DNA of 64,000 nt. It comes from Planctomycetota bacterium. GTDB taxonomy: Bacteria; Planctomycetota; GCA-002687715; CAIWVZ01. Below are positions 50,913 through 60,394 of this stretch, piece after piece. How positions within the stretch are numbered: position 1 is the stretch's first letter; every line of letters starts with the position of its first letter. The translations under genes were made by a program, and so were the position numbers. The notes under the pieces are model-generated. The model did not search any database. It was not told where the DNA came from and saw nothing but the letters and a program-made list of their open reading frames with translations. The stretch lies in contig JBGANV010000001.1 of assembly GCA_044222185.1 (NCBI GenBank), positions 1,472,001-1,536,000 on the forward strand, given 5' to 3'.

Positions 50913-52562
50913 ATGACGCCCAAGCTTCCTCCGATCCTTCTCCTTCTCCTTCTCTCCAGCGGCGCGCTCGTCGCGCAAACGTTCGTGTCGGACCCGGCGG
51001 CCGATACGGGCTTCTATTTCCACGGCACGCTCAAGAACGGCTCGCCCACGTTCCCCGGATCCGACACGGCGGCGAAGCTGGTGCGGACGGGTGCGCCCAC
51101 CACGCCGTCACAGGTACAGCTGTCACCCGCGGCGCTGGGTCTGCCCGTGACCGTCGAGATCCTGGCCGTCACACACGGCGATGACGAATTCGGCGAGTGG
51201 AACATCCGACAGGGCGGCGTCAACGGTCGCCACCACCGGATCGAGTACACGGTGAACCCGAGCGCGACGGGAAGCGGATACAAGAAGTACAAAGTCTACG
51301 GATACGACTACGTGATGGGCTGCAACGACCCGGCGGCGCCGGGCGTAGCCTCGGTCTGCCCGCCACCACCGCAAGGCGGCCTCAGCATCACGGGCCCGTT
51401 CGTCGTCGACGCGGCGACCGCCCCTTCGACGTCGGACGACTACGAGGGCCTCGCACACGACCAATGGGCGTTGCTTCCGGTCTATTACACCGTGAGGCCC
51501 TCATCCGTGACTGCGATCCGGAACATGGGCGGCGCGCTCGCGGGGTTCAACTCCTGCGACATCCTCACGTCGTACGTGGATTCGAACGGCCAGCTCGCCG
51601 TCGCCATCGCACTGGTGGGAAGCGCTCTCGGTTTGAATGCGAACGACTCGATCGATTCGCTCGCGGCCATGTGGAACGGCGCTGGAATCATCGGTCTCGC
51701 ACCGGACTCCTATTCCGTCGTGAACGGGCTCCAGATCGGAGTCGCGCCTCACACGACGCTCGCGCTGGGGAATTACCTCTACAGCTTCGTGTCGAGCGGA
51801 TCGCTCCCGTATTGCACCTCTCCCCCGCCCGGTGCTTACCACTTCGACACGCTCAACATCTGGGCGACGGCCGCGGATCTCGGCCTCCCGCCCATCGGCG
51901 TGGGCTCGAACCCGGTCAACTCCGACTGCCGTGGCGACGTGCGTGTAGCCGATCCGTCCGAAGCCTTGCAGGTGACGGAGTCCCTGCCTCTCCGCCAGTC
52001 CGCGCCATGGGGCAACGACTATGTCTCGAAGCGGTCGCTCTGCATGAACAACCTCGACGGCTCCGTGTTTGGTGCTGTTCAGGTCGCGCTCCAGTCCGCG
52101 GCAACGCTCCGCGTCAACCTCGCGGGGTCCACGACGTACCGATCGATCAGCTGGGCACTTTTCCGGGCACCGGGAGCGCTCGATGCTGTCCCACCCTCGA
52201 TGTGGAACGCCACGGAGACGGTTCCGTTCGCGCCACCGCCGCACGCGAGCGCAACCCAGGTTGGCTGTCCGCTGCACCTCTCGGAGACGTACCTCGGCGC
52301 CCCGACCGGTACGAGCGCCATCATCGGCAACGTCACGCTCGACCCGATCAAGTTCCCGAGCGGTTACGCCCTGGGCCAGCTCTCATCGACGACGCAAGCT
52401 GCGGCGATTCCGTTCACTGCGCCCGCAGTCCGGTCGGATGAGATGTACGTGGTCGTCGCGTACGTGACGCCCCCGGGGAGCAACATCCCCGTGCCGAAGC
52501 GCACCATCGTGATGACCGTGAAGTACCGGAACCGGCCGGCAGGCGCCTGGCCGGCGCCGTGA
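50913..52562 (+). CDS. secreted protein of unrecognised family, paralogue B
   Basis: Signal peptide MTPKLPPILLLLLLSSGALVA-Q; colinear similarity with 43230..44831. Confidence 0.85.
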   Translation: MTPKLPPILLLLLLSSGALVAQTFVSDPAADTGFYFHGTLKNGSPTFPGSDTAAKLVRTGAPTTPSQVQLSPAALGLPVTVEILAVTHGDDEFGEWNIRQGGVNGRHHRIEYTVNPSATGSGYKKYKVYGYDYVMGCNDPAAPGVASVCPPPPQGGLSITGPFVVDAATAPSTSDDYEGLAHDQWALLPVYYTVRPSSVTAIRNMGGALAGFNSCDILTSYVDSNGQLAVAIALVGSALGLNANDSIDSLAAMWNGAGIIGLAPDSYSVVNGLQIGVAPHTTLALGNYLYSFVSSGSLPYCTSPPPGAYHFDTLNIWATAADLGLPPIGVGSNPVNSDCRGDVRVADPSEALQVTESLPLRQSAPWGNDYVSKRSLCMNNLDGSVFGAVQVALQSAATLRVNLAGSTTYRSISWALFRAPGALDAVPPSMWNATETVPFAPPPHASATQVGCPLHLSETYLGAPTGTSAIIGNVTLDPIKFPSGYALGQLSSTTQAAAIPFTAPAVRSDEMYVVVAYVTPPGSNIPVPKRTIVMTVKYRNRPAGAWPAP

Positions 52563-52592
52563 CTTCAGCGGTGACCCGCGACCCCGCCGACG

Positions 52593-54062
52593 TCACAACC
52601 CTATGGTTGCGGTCGTCGCCGGCGAGTTGGCCAGAAACGCACCGAACCCCGCGCCCGCCGTGAACGCGAGCGACACGACGTCGAAGGTGAGCGTCGGGCC
52701 GGTGCCAGTCGTCGGAAACGTGAGCGAGTAATTACCTCCGGCGTCCGCGAGCACGTGAAGCGGCGCCGTCCCGAGCGGGAGCGAGATCTGGCCCAGGATG
52801 TCGCCCGCTCCGGGCCCGACGGCGAGCCCGAAGAGTGGCCCGGTTCCCGTCGGCACCGCCGGAAGGAACGAGACGACGTTGAACAACTCGCTCCCTGGCG
52901 GCGCGTTCGTCACGGCGACGGTCACCGACTGACCCGGTCCGGCTTGAGTCACCGTGATCGCGTAGAGACACAGCGCGCGGATCTGCGCCGAGAACCCGGG
53001 ATGGAGGATCGAGGTCCCCGCATTCGCGCCTCCTGTCGAAGTGCACCCACCATGCGTGTGGACGCCCACGACGGATTGCGTCGCCTCGTGAATCACGAGC
53101 GCGCCGGAACTCCCCCCGGTGGTGTCGACGGCGTGAAGGATCGAGTTGGGCCCGGCGCCATTCAAGGATGTGACGGTCGCCAGGTGCGTCTGGTTCGTTT
53201 GATTCAGCGCGCCGGTCGCAGTGCCGAAGCCCGTCACGCGCACGGCGCTCGCCAGTTGAGGCCCGGTCGTCGACAACGGATAGAAGCCCTGCACCTGCGC
53301 CGCGGAGAGCCCCGTGGTCGTGTTGGCGAACAGTCGGCCAACGGCCCAGTCGTCGCCCACGCCTGCGTCGGCGAACGACAGGCTCGACATATCCATCGGG
53401 TACTGGTCCTGCGGCGACGGATGGACGACGGAGCCATTGGCGTTGGAGGGCGGACAGTTGAACTCGACCGTCACCTGGGCGCCACCGCTCACGCAGTGCC
53501 CCGCGGTGGCGAAGCACGAGGAGATGCTGACGAGGCCGCCTGAACAGATCGCCGTGCCGCCGCCACCGCCGACCAGAAGCCTTCCGACGCGCGGCTCGGT
53601 GGACGGTACGCGGTCGTCAGTCGGACCGCAGATGGAATCGATCGCCGCTGGTGCGGGAAACCCCGCGTCATAGCCAGAGAGGTTGACTGAAGCCGTTGCA
53701 AACGGAGCGACGAGCAGTTCCACGCTCACCGTATCGCCGTTGAAGAACGCGGAGGCGTGGGCCCAGCGATCGAGGGTCTGGGAATCGAGGACCTGGCTCA
53801 CGTCGTCGCGAAGGCCATGGATGCGGATCGCGCATCCGGCCGGAAGCGTGGGCTCGTCGAACCACACGCGCATCCACGCGGCACCAGGATGCGAGACGAA
53901 GATCGGCGGCGCGGACACCACCGCCGCACTCCCGTTCGTGACGTTCCCCGTGCCCGCGGTAGCCGGCACGAAGATGCCGGCGGGAACGGGGTCCGATTGG
54001 GATCGGCCGGTCCCGACGGCGGCGGCACACAGGAGTACGACGAGGCATGGACGGTTGATCAT
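52593..54062 (-). CDS. secreted trypsin-like (S1, lysyl-endopeptidase-like) serine protease
   Basis: Signal peptide, pro-domain, SICGPTDDR, TAGHC, DDWA, DTTGGSSG; C-terminal accessory domain. Confidence 0.9.
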   Translation of the reverse strand: MINRPCLVVLLCAAAVGTGRSQSDPVPAGIFVPATAGTGNVTNGSAAVVSAPPIFVSHPGAAWMRVWFDEPTLPAGCAIRIHGLRDDVSQVLDSQTLDRWAHASAFFNGDTVSVELLVAPFATASVNLSGYDAGFPAPAAIDSICGPTDDRVPSTEPRVGRLLVGGGGGTAICSGGLVSISSCFATAGHCVSGGAQVTVEFNCPPSNANGSVVHPSPQDQYPMDMSSLSFADAGVGDDWAVGRLFANTTTGLSAAQVQGFYPLSTTGPQLASAVRVTGFGTATGALNQTNQTHLATVTSLNGAGPNSILHAVDTTGGSSGALVIHEATQSVVGVHTHGGCTSTGGANAGTSILHPGFSAQIRALCLYAITVTQAGPGQSVTVAVTNAPPGSELFNVVSFLPAVPTGTGPLFGLAVGPGAGDILGQISLPLGTAPLHVLADAGGNYSLTFPTTGTGPTLTFDVVSLAFTAGAGFGAFLANSPATTATIGL

Positions 54063-54229
54063 CGTGAGGACTCGAGGGCGTCGCGGGCTGAATGCGGCCC
54101 GCGTCCAAGGATACCCCAGCCGGTGCGCAGCCCGGTGTCACCACCCTTTCCAGCTTCCGAGCGCCGCTTCAGTCCTACCCTGCGAACGTCCCCGTTGCCG
54201 AGCGGACGTTGCGGTGTAGGGTCTCGGCC

Positions 54230-55918
54230 ATGGAGGTCCAGAACGCGCCGAGGCCTGTCGCAGGAAGGGTGGTGGCGGCATTGGCCGTCGCCGTCTTGCG
54301 GATCGCAGCAGGACAGGCGGCATCGCGCCCCGCGGACGTCTCCTGCGAGATTCTCATCGTCGGCGGGAGCCTGGGCGGTGTCGCCGCGGCGATCGGCGCA
54401 ACCGGTCATGACGTGCATGTCGTCGAGGATTCGGATTGGATCGGTGGCCAGGTCACGTCTCAGGGCGTCTCCGCGCTCGACGAGCACCGCACCATCGAGA
54501 CCTTCGGTGGCACGAGGTCCTACTCGGATTTCCGTCGCGCGGTGCGCAGCGAGTCCGGCGGAGCCATGAATCCGGGCGGCGGCTGGGTCAGCCGGCTCTG
54601 CTTCGAACCGCGCGTCGGCTTGAAGGTCCTTCACGGCATGGTCGCGAAGTCGGGCGCGAAGGTCATGCTCGAGTCCCGGGTCACGGCGGCCGAGGTCGTC
54701 GCAGACCGCGTCACGTCCGTCACCGTCGCCCGGAAGGATGGATCGACGGTTCGCTTCGTGCCGCGCTTCGTCCTCGACGCGACCGACCTGGGAGACCTCC
54801 TGCCCGTCGCCGGAGTCGAACACCACGTCGGAACGGACGCGCGGAGCGATACCAACGAGCTGCACGCCGCGAAGGTCCGCGACGAACGGCGTCTGCAAAG
54901 CTGCACGTACACGTTTGCCGTCGAGTTCCGCAAGGGCGAGAGCCACGTCATCGAGAAGCCGGCGGGCTACGAACGCTTCCGCGACACGCAGCCGTTCACG
55001 CTCGCCATCGGTGGGATCGGGGAAAGCCGCCCGGCCTACCGGTTCTTCGAACATGCCAAGGGGACGAATGGCCCGTTCTGGACCTATCGACGGATCGCAC
55101 CCAACGTCGCCATGATCAACTGGCCCGGGAACGACTACCGCGGCAGCTCGTCGCTGGCGCTCGACCACGACGAGGCGAAGCGTCTCAGCCTGTCGTTCCT
55201 CTATTGGCTCCAGACCGAGTGCCCGCGAGATGATGGCGGCCGCGGCTACCCCGAGCTTCTCCTGCGTCGCGACGTCATGGGTACCGACGACGGCCTGTCC
55301 AAGCGCCCCTACATCCGTGAGGGCCGGCGTCTCGCCGCGTTGCGCACGATCGTCGAGTCGGATCTGGTGACGCCAACCGCGCGCGGCGTCCAGTTCGAGG
55401 ACTCCGTCGGTATCGGTTCATACATGATCGACCTCCATTCCTGCTCGGGCGACCCACCAGGCGAATTCGGCGCTGGAATCCCGACCAAGCCCTTCGGGAT
55501 CCCGCTCGGCGCACTCGTCCCGCGTCGCGTGAAGAACGTCCTCGCCGCCGGGAAATGCCTCGGGGTCACGCACGTGACCAACGGCGCGTACCGGCTTCAT
55601 CCCGTCGAGTGGAACGTCGGAGAGTCAGCGGGACACACGGCGGCCTTCTGCCTCGAGCACGGGATCGATCCTGGGCAGCTCGCCGCGAACCCGGCGCGCG
55701 TGCGGGAACTCCAGAAGCGATTGGTGCGCGCGGGCATCCCGATCTTCTGGGCGACGGACGTTCCCATCGGCGACCCGGCCTTCGAGGTCGTGCAGCTTGC
55801 GTGCGCATGGCGAGCCATCCCCGTCGATCCGGGCTCGTTGGCGTTCGGAGCGACGGCGGAGCGCGTCGAGGCAGCGCGCCGTGCGTGTGTCGAGGCTGAA
55901 GGTGCGTCGAATCGCTGA
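54230..55918 (+). CDS. exported FAD-dependent oxidoreductase (PF12831-like)
   Basis: IVGGSLGGVAAA, WIGGQVTSQG, DATDLGDL, PYIREGRR, NGAYRLHPVEWNVGE. Confidence 0.85.
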   Translation: MEVQNAPRPVAGRVVAALAVAVLRIAAGQAASRPADVSCEILIVGGSLGGVAAAIGATGHDVHVVEDSDWIGGQVTSQGVSALDEHRTIETFGGTRSYSDFRRAVRSESGGAMNPGGGWVSRLCFEPRVGLKVLHGMVAKSGAKVMLESRVTAAEVVADRVTSVTVARKDGSTVRFVPRFVLDATDLGDLLPVAGVEHHVGTDARSDTNELHAAKVRDERRLQSCTYTFAVEFRKGESHVIEKPAGYERFRDTQPFTLAIGGIGESRPAYRFFEHAKGTNGPFWTYRRIAPNVAMINWPGNDYRGSSSLALDHDEAKRLSLSFLYWLQTECPRDDGGRGYPELLLRRDVMGTDDGLSKRPYIREGRRLAALRTIVESDLVTPTARGVQFEDSVGIGSYMIDLHSCSGDPPGEFGAGIPTKPFGIPLGALVPRRVKNVLAAGKCLGVTHVTNGAYRLHPVEWNVGESAGHTAAFCLEHGIDPGQLAANPARVRELQKRLVRAGIPIFWATDVPIGDPAFEVVQLACAWRAIPVDPGSLAFGATAERVEAARRACVEAEGASNR

Positions 55919-55938
55919 CGCGCGGTCCGCTGGCGGCG

Positions 55939-56763
55939 TCACACCGTGAACCAGGGCTTCGAGCCGCGCGTCCGGTCCATCTCGGCGAGGACCTCCAGCG
56001 CGCCCATCCCCACGGCGATCACGTGCCGCTCCGCGAGGTGCTTGGACGTTTCGTCCACGAAGGCGTTTCGGGGCCGATTCGCGTAGGCGCCGCAGACGGC
56101 GCCCGCGCGCAGGCCGCGGAGCGACGCGAGGACGAAGAGCGTGCTCGCCTCCATCTCGAAGTTCTTCACGCCGATGGAGCGCAGCCGATCGGGCAGGTCG
56201 GGGTACCGCGGCTCGATCACCTGGGGCGTTCGTCCCTGCCATCCGTAGAACCCGGCCGCGGTTGCCGTCATTCCCACGTGGAACGGAACGCCAGCACGCG
56301 CTGCCGCCGTCGTGAGTGCGAGCACCATTTCGTGCGACGCGATCGCGGGGTACGACTCCTCGACGAATCCCGCGGACGTCGATTCGAGCCGCATCGCCCC
56401 CGTGGAAATCACCACGTCCCCCAGCTCGATTTCCGGTTGGAGCGCGCCGCAGGATCCCACGCGCACGAAGTCCGGCCGATCGACGATCGCCAGGAGCTCC
56501 ATCACGGCGATCTCGGTGTTGTCGCACCCCATGCCCGTCGCCATCACCGTGACGTCCAGGGATTTCCAGCGACCGGTGTAGGTGATGTATTCCCGTGACC
56601 GCTTGGGGAATCCCGCGTTGATCGAGTCGAAACGGCCAGCGATGACCTCCGCACGCGCCAGGTCCCCGCACAGGATGATGGAACGAGCCACATCCCCACG
56701 CGCCAGACCGATGTGGTACTGGCGCCCCAACGAATCCTCGGGGCGATTGGCAGCTCGTGTCAC
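55939..56763 (-). CDS. udp: uridine phosphorylase (NP-I family)
   Basis: QYHIGL, REY, TGMG, RVGSCG, GFYGWQGR, NFEMEAS. Confidence 0.88.
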   Translation of the reverse strand: MTRAANRPEDSLGRQYHIGLARGDVARSIILCGDLARAEVIAGRFDSINAGFPKRSREYITYTGRWKSLDVTVMATGMGCDNTEIAVMELLAIVDRPDFVRVGSCGALQPEIELGDVVISTGAMRLESTSAGFVEESYPAIASHEMVLALTTAAARAGVPFHVGMTATAAGFYGWQGRTPQVIEPRYPDLPDRLRSIGVKNFEMEASTLFVLASLRGLRAGAVCGAYANRPRNAFVDETSKHLAERHVIAVGMGALEVLAEMDRTRGSKPWFTV

Positions 56764-56767
56764 GAGG

Positions 56768-57628
56768 TCACCCTCCGCGAACGATCTTCACTCCCGCGCT
56801 CGCGCCGATGCGCGTGGCGCCGGCAGCGACCATCTTGTCGAGCGTGGCTCGATCCTTGACCCCGCCCGACGCCTTCACGCCGACCGAAGGCCCGACCTCG
56901 GCGCGCATGAGGGCCACGTCGCCGACGGTGGCGCCGCCCGTCGAGAACCCGGTGGAGGTCTTCACGTAGTGCGCGCCGGCCCGCACCGCGAGGCGACATG
57001 CAACCCGCTTCTCGTCGTCCGTGAGCAGGCAGGTCTCCAGGATCACTTTGCAGACGACGCCGGGGTTCAACGCGCCGACGACCGCCGCGATGTCCTTCTC
57101 GACGTCGTCGTGACGCCCCGACTTCAGGAGGCCGACGGAGATCACCATGTCGATCTCCTCCGCGCCCAGGTCCTGAGCGATGCGTGTCTCGGCGCGCTTG
57201 ACCTCCGAGAGCGTTGCGCCGAGCGGGAAACCCACGACGGTGCAGACCTTCACTCGGCTCCCCGCGAGCTGTTTCGCGCACCGCGGAACCCAGACCGGGT
57301 TGACGCACACGGACGCGAACTCGTGCTCCCGCGCTTCGGCGCAGAGCTGATCGATCTCCTTTTCCGTCGCGTCCGGCTTCAGGATCGTGTGGTCGATGAG
57401 ACCGGCGACACCTTCCGCGGTCTTTTTCGTTCCCGGAGTGGCGGAGATCCGGCAGGCTCCGGCCTCCAGGAAGTCGCCCATCTTGAACGCACAGCGCTGA
57501 GCGCAGTTCCCCGTGCAGTCGCTGCAGGCCTGATCGCGGACGTTCCGCACCGGCTTGTTCAGTCGTTCGTAGATCTCGTCGGTGATCGACTCGATGAGGC
57601 GGTCCAGCTCCTGCGGTGCGATGCTCAC
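56768..57628 (-). CDS. deoC: deoxyribose-phosphate aldolase with N-terminal putative BMC encapsulation peptide
   Basis: [51 protein letters not shown]; N-terminal helix [17 protein letters not shown]. Confidence 0.95.
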   Translation of the reverse strand: MSIAPQELDRLIESITDEIYERLNKPVRNVRDQACSDCTGNCAQRCAFKMGDFLEAGACRISATPGTKKTAEGVAGLIDHTILKPDATEKEIDQLCAEAREHEFASVCVNPVWVPRCAKQLAGSRVKVCTVVGFPLGATLSEVKRAETRIAQDLGAEEIDMVISVGLLKSGRHDDVEKDIAAVVGALNPGVVCKVILETCLLTDDEKRVACRLAVRAGAHYVKTSTGFSTGGATVGDVALMRAEVGPSVGVKASGGVKDRATLDKMVAAGATRIGASAGVKIVRGG

Positions 57629-57906
57629 GTCGCGTCCTCCGAGAGTTCCACGTTGTCGACCACTGCGATGATGACGGCCTGAACCGGCGTCTCCTCGTTG
57701 CCGTAGAGCAGGCGGGCGCCGCCGCCTTCCTTGTTGACGAGGACCAGATCGCCGATGCCGGCGTCGACGCGGTCGAGTGCGACGAGCGGCCGCCCCAGGA
57801 GCGAGCCATCGAGGCCGATGGCCTGGGTCAGGAGGAGGCGCTCGCCCTCGAGGGGCGCATCCTTCACGGTCGCGTGTATCGAACCGATGACGCGGGAGAG
57901 GATCAT
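57625..57906 (-). CDS. BMC vertex (pentamer) protein, EutN/CcmL family
   Basis: [15 protein letters not shown]...[15 protein letters not shown]...EGGGAR...[10 protein letters not shown]. Confidence 0.93.
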   Translation of the reverse strand: MILSRVIGSIHATVKDAPLEGERLLLTQAIGLDGSLLGRPLVALDRVDAGIGDLVLVNKEGGGARLLYGNEETPVQAVIIAVVDNVELSEDAT

Positions 57907-58196
57907 CGGCCGTTCCCTGCCGCGTCGATCCGATCGACGATTCCCACGATCGCGGCGTCCAGCCCGGCCATGACCATGCCTGAATGGCGTCGCTTCCAGG
58001 GAATCACCGCCTCGTACGCGGTCGTGTAGAACACGATCTCGCCCTCGCCCGCGCCGACGGTGTCGACGGCCGACAGCGGCATGCCCACGGCATTTCGCGC
58101 CGCGTCGATGGGCTGAACGAGGAGCATGCGGCCGCCGTCGAGGTTCGGGTCCTTCCGCGTGGCCCAGATCGTGCCGATGACGCGGCCAAGCTCCAT
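57903..58196 (-). CDS. BMC vertex (pentamer) protein, EutN/CcmL family
   Basis: [16 protein letters not shown]...[11 protein letters not shown]...AYEA...DAAIVGIVD (ATG 58196 within the 57903..58796 ORF). Confidence 0.93.
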   Translation of the reverse strand: MELGRVIGTIWATRKDPNLDGGRMLLVQPIDAARNAVGMPLSAVDTVGAGEGEIVFYTTAYEAVIPWKRRHSGMVMAGLDAAIVGIVDRIDAAGNGR

Positions 58197-59047
58197 CACG
58201 TCACCTCGATCTTCTGAACGCGACGGAGGTGGCGCCCTCCGCCGAATGCGGTGCCGAGGAAGACCCGCACGATCGCGCGCGCCGCATCCTCGCCCAGGTG
58301 TCGACCGCCGAGGCAGAGAACGTTGGCGTCGTTGTGCTCGCGAGTCGAGACCGCCTCGAGGATCGTCGAACAGGGGGCCGCGCGAACGCCGGCGTGGCGG
58401 TTCGCCGCCATGGCCGAGCCCAGACCGGCTGCGTCGACGATCACGGCACGGTCGACTTCGCCGCGCTCGATCATGCCTGCGGCGCGATGGGCGAAATCCG
58501 GGTAGTCCACCGCCTCCGTCGAGTTGGTTCCCAGATCGACGACGGAGTAGCCCAGCTCGCTCTGAAGCCACTTCTGCAGGGATTGCTTCAAGGGGAAGCC
58601 CCCGTGATCCGACGCGATCGCGAGGCGCAGCGGCTGCGAAACGCCCTGGGGCGCAGCGACCCGAGCCGCCGCGGGACTCGCCGGAGATTTCACCGACGGC
58701 GCCGGAGAGGCCCCGGGCCCCGCGGTCGTCGCAGGAGCCGGCGGACGCGTCGGTGTCGGCGCTTCTGCCGTCACCTCGACTCCGAAGCGCTGACACGCCT
58801 CCCGCGCGAGCGGCGTCATGATGGCGCCCGGTGGAACGACGAGCGGCCTGGCAGCGGCACGCGCGCGAAGGACGTCGTCTTCCGAGATCAGCGCGCGATT
58901 GCGGTAGTCGACTGCATCGTCGAACCGCTTCCAGGCTGGTGTCGCGACCGCCGGAACGGGGGCCTTCTCCGAGGGAACCGAAGCGCCCAGCGCCAGGCGC
59001 TTCAGGAGGACCTCCCTCACGTGGCTGCGGATCGCGTCACGTTCCAT
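58196..59047 (-). CDS. rpiB: RpiB/LacA/LacB sugar-phosphate isomerase with N-terminal putative encapsulation peptide and BMC-associated domain
   Basis: IASDHGG, DYPDFA, HNDANVL, FGGGRH..RV; N-terminal [15 protein letters not shown] and ISEDDV...IMTPLARE. Confidence 0.9.
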   Translation of the reverse strand: MERDAIRSHVREVLLKRLALGASVPSEKAPVPAVATPAWKRFDDAVDYRNRALISEDDVLRARAAARPLVVPPGAIMTPLAREACQRFGVEVTAEAPTPTRPPAPATTAGPGASPAPSVKSPASPAAARVAAPQGVSQPLRLAIASDHGGFPLKQSLQKWLQSELGYSVVDLGTNSTEAVDYPDFAHRAAGMIERGEVDRAVIVDAAGLGSAMAANRHAGVRAAPCSTILEAVSTREHNDANVLCLGGRHLGEDAARAIVRVFLGTAFGGGRHLRRVQKIEVT

Positions 59048-59366
59048 GGCGTGACACGACGTCCGAGACCGTCATGGCATCGAACGACTCCCAGTCGCGC
59101 TTGACCGCCTCCAGGTCGTCGACGATGGCGACGATGACGGCGTCCACGGGCTTGTTCGCCGTGAGCTCGGTCTGACGCGCGCTGCTGCCCTGCGTCACGA
59201 GCACCATCTCGCCGACACCGGCGCCCACCGCATCGACGGCGACGACGATCGCATCGGCAGGCGTCCGATCGAGTTTGATCGACCGGACGACGAGCCACTT
59301 CATGCCCGTGACCTTCGGGTCCTTGCGTGTCGCCCACACCGTGCCAACCACACGTCCGAGAAGCAT
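59037..59366 (-). CDS. BMC vertex (pentamer) protein, EutN/CcmL family
   Basis: [16 protein letters not shown]...[12 protein letters not shown]...QGSSAR...[10 protein letters not shown]. Confidence 0.95.
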   Translation of the reverse strand: MLLGRVVGTVWATRKDPKVTGMKWLVVRSIKLDRTPADAIVVAVDAVGAGVGEMVLVTQGSSARQTELTANKPVDAVIVAIVDDLEAVKRDWESFDAMTVSDVVSRHGT

Positions 59367-59440
59367 CGAGTGCCTTTTTCCGGCGCCGGGGGGATCGTGG
59401 ACGACCTCCGGTATGAGGTGCCGGAATCGCGATCCGCCGC

Positions 59441-60394
59441 TTGCGCGTCAATGAGGGTCAGGGTACAGCAACCGCCTTGTTCATCAAGCCTTCGGACGAT
59501 TCACGGTCGACCTCCTGGACCGCGCGAGACTTCCATCGCGCGGCGTTCGTGTGCCTGTTCGGTGGCGTCCTCCTCGGCTGCATCCTCGTGCGGGGCGGCC
59601 GAGCGGCGACGGCCGCACTCCTCCACTGGGACGTGGCGCCGCTTCGCTGGCTCGAGTCCGCAGGAGGGAGGACGGAAGGAATCCTGGCTTCGGCCATCTC
59701 GCTCGCTGCGACGCTCACGGCCGCCAGCGGAGCGTGGCTCCTCGCGAGGTCGACGCTGATCCGGCGCGTCGCGGCCGTCGTGTGCCTCGCCACGTCCGTG
59801 GGTTTCGCCATCGCGTACCACCGGGCGCTGCTCGGTGATCGCGAACTCGCCCTGGTCGCGTACGCAGCCGCGTTGCCGCTCGTCCTGCGCCGACCGTCGC
59901 GCGACTGGCCCGTCGTCCTCGTCCCCCTCGCGCCGGCCCTCAACGCCGTCTGGTCCTGGCAGGTCGCGCGTGCCGGAGCCGCGGTGCCAGCGCTCGAGAC
60001 CGCGTCCGAGGTGGCCTGGCTACTCGCGACGATCCTCGTCGCCGCGTCACGCTGGCGCGCAACCCGCTTCGGCCCGTGGCGCCTGGGGACGGCTGCGACC
60101 TTGGCCGTCGGGCTCCTCGTCGCCGGGCTCATCGACGGAAGGAGCGTCCGACACGTCAGCATCAGCGTGTTCGAGGTCGGGTACGGGAACCTTCCCGACA
60201 CGGTGCTCGCAGCGGGGATCGGGCTCGTGCTCGCGGGCATGGTCCTGCTGTCCGCTTGCGGGCGACTCGGGGCCGGAGTGATCGCCGCGACGCTCTGCAC
60301 CCCACAGCCGCTGGCACCCGGCGTCGCCGCGCTCTCGGCCGCGTTCATCGCGATCGCGGCCACGAACGACGAGCGGAACGGCGACGCAGTCTAG
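59441..60394 (+). CDS. hypothetical multi-pass membrane protein
   Basis: About 9 hydrophobic segments; fills the gap between genes; start uncertain. Confidence 0.6.
   Translation: MRVNEGQGTATALFIKPSDDSRSTSWTARDFHRAAFVCLFGGVLLGCILVRGGRAATAALLHWDVAPLRWLESAGGRTEGILASAISLAATLTAASGAWLLARSTLIRRVAAVVCLATSVGFAIAYHRALLGDRELALVAYAAALPLVLRRPSRDWPVVLVPLAPALNAVWSWQVARAGAAVPALETASEVAWLLATILVAASRWRATRFGPWRLGTAATLAVGLLVAGLIDGRSVRHVSISVFEVGYGNLPDTVLAAGIGLVLAGMVLLSACGRLGAGVIAATLCTPQPLAPGVAALSAAFIAIAATNDERNGDAV

Noticed and set aside
43103-52592. Mobile element or genomic island carrying the ECF cassette
   Set aside because: No integrase, transposase, tRNA or flanking direct repeats seen.
57625-59366. Carboxysome, Eut/Pdu or fucose-type PVM microcompartment
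   Set aside because: No RuBisCO, lyase/dehydratase or class II aldolase; the cargo is DeoC and RpiB.
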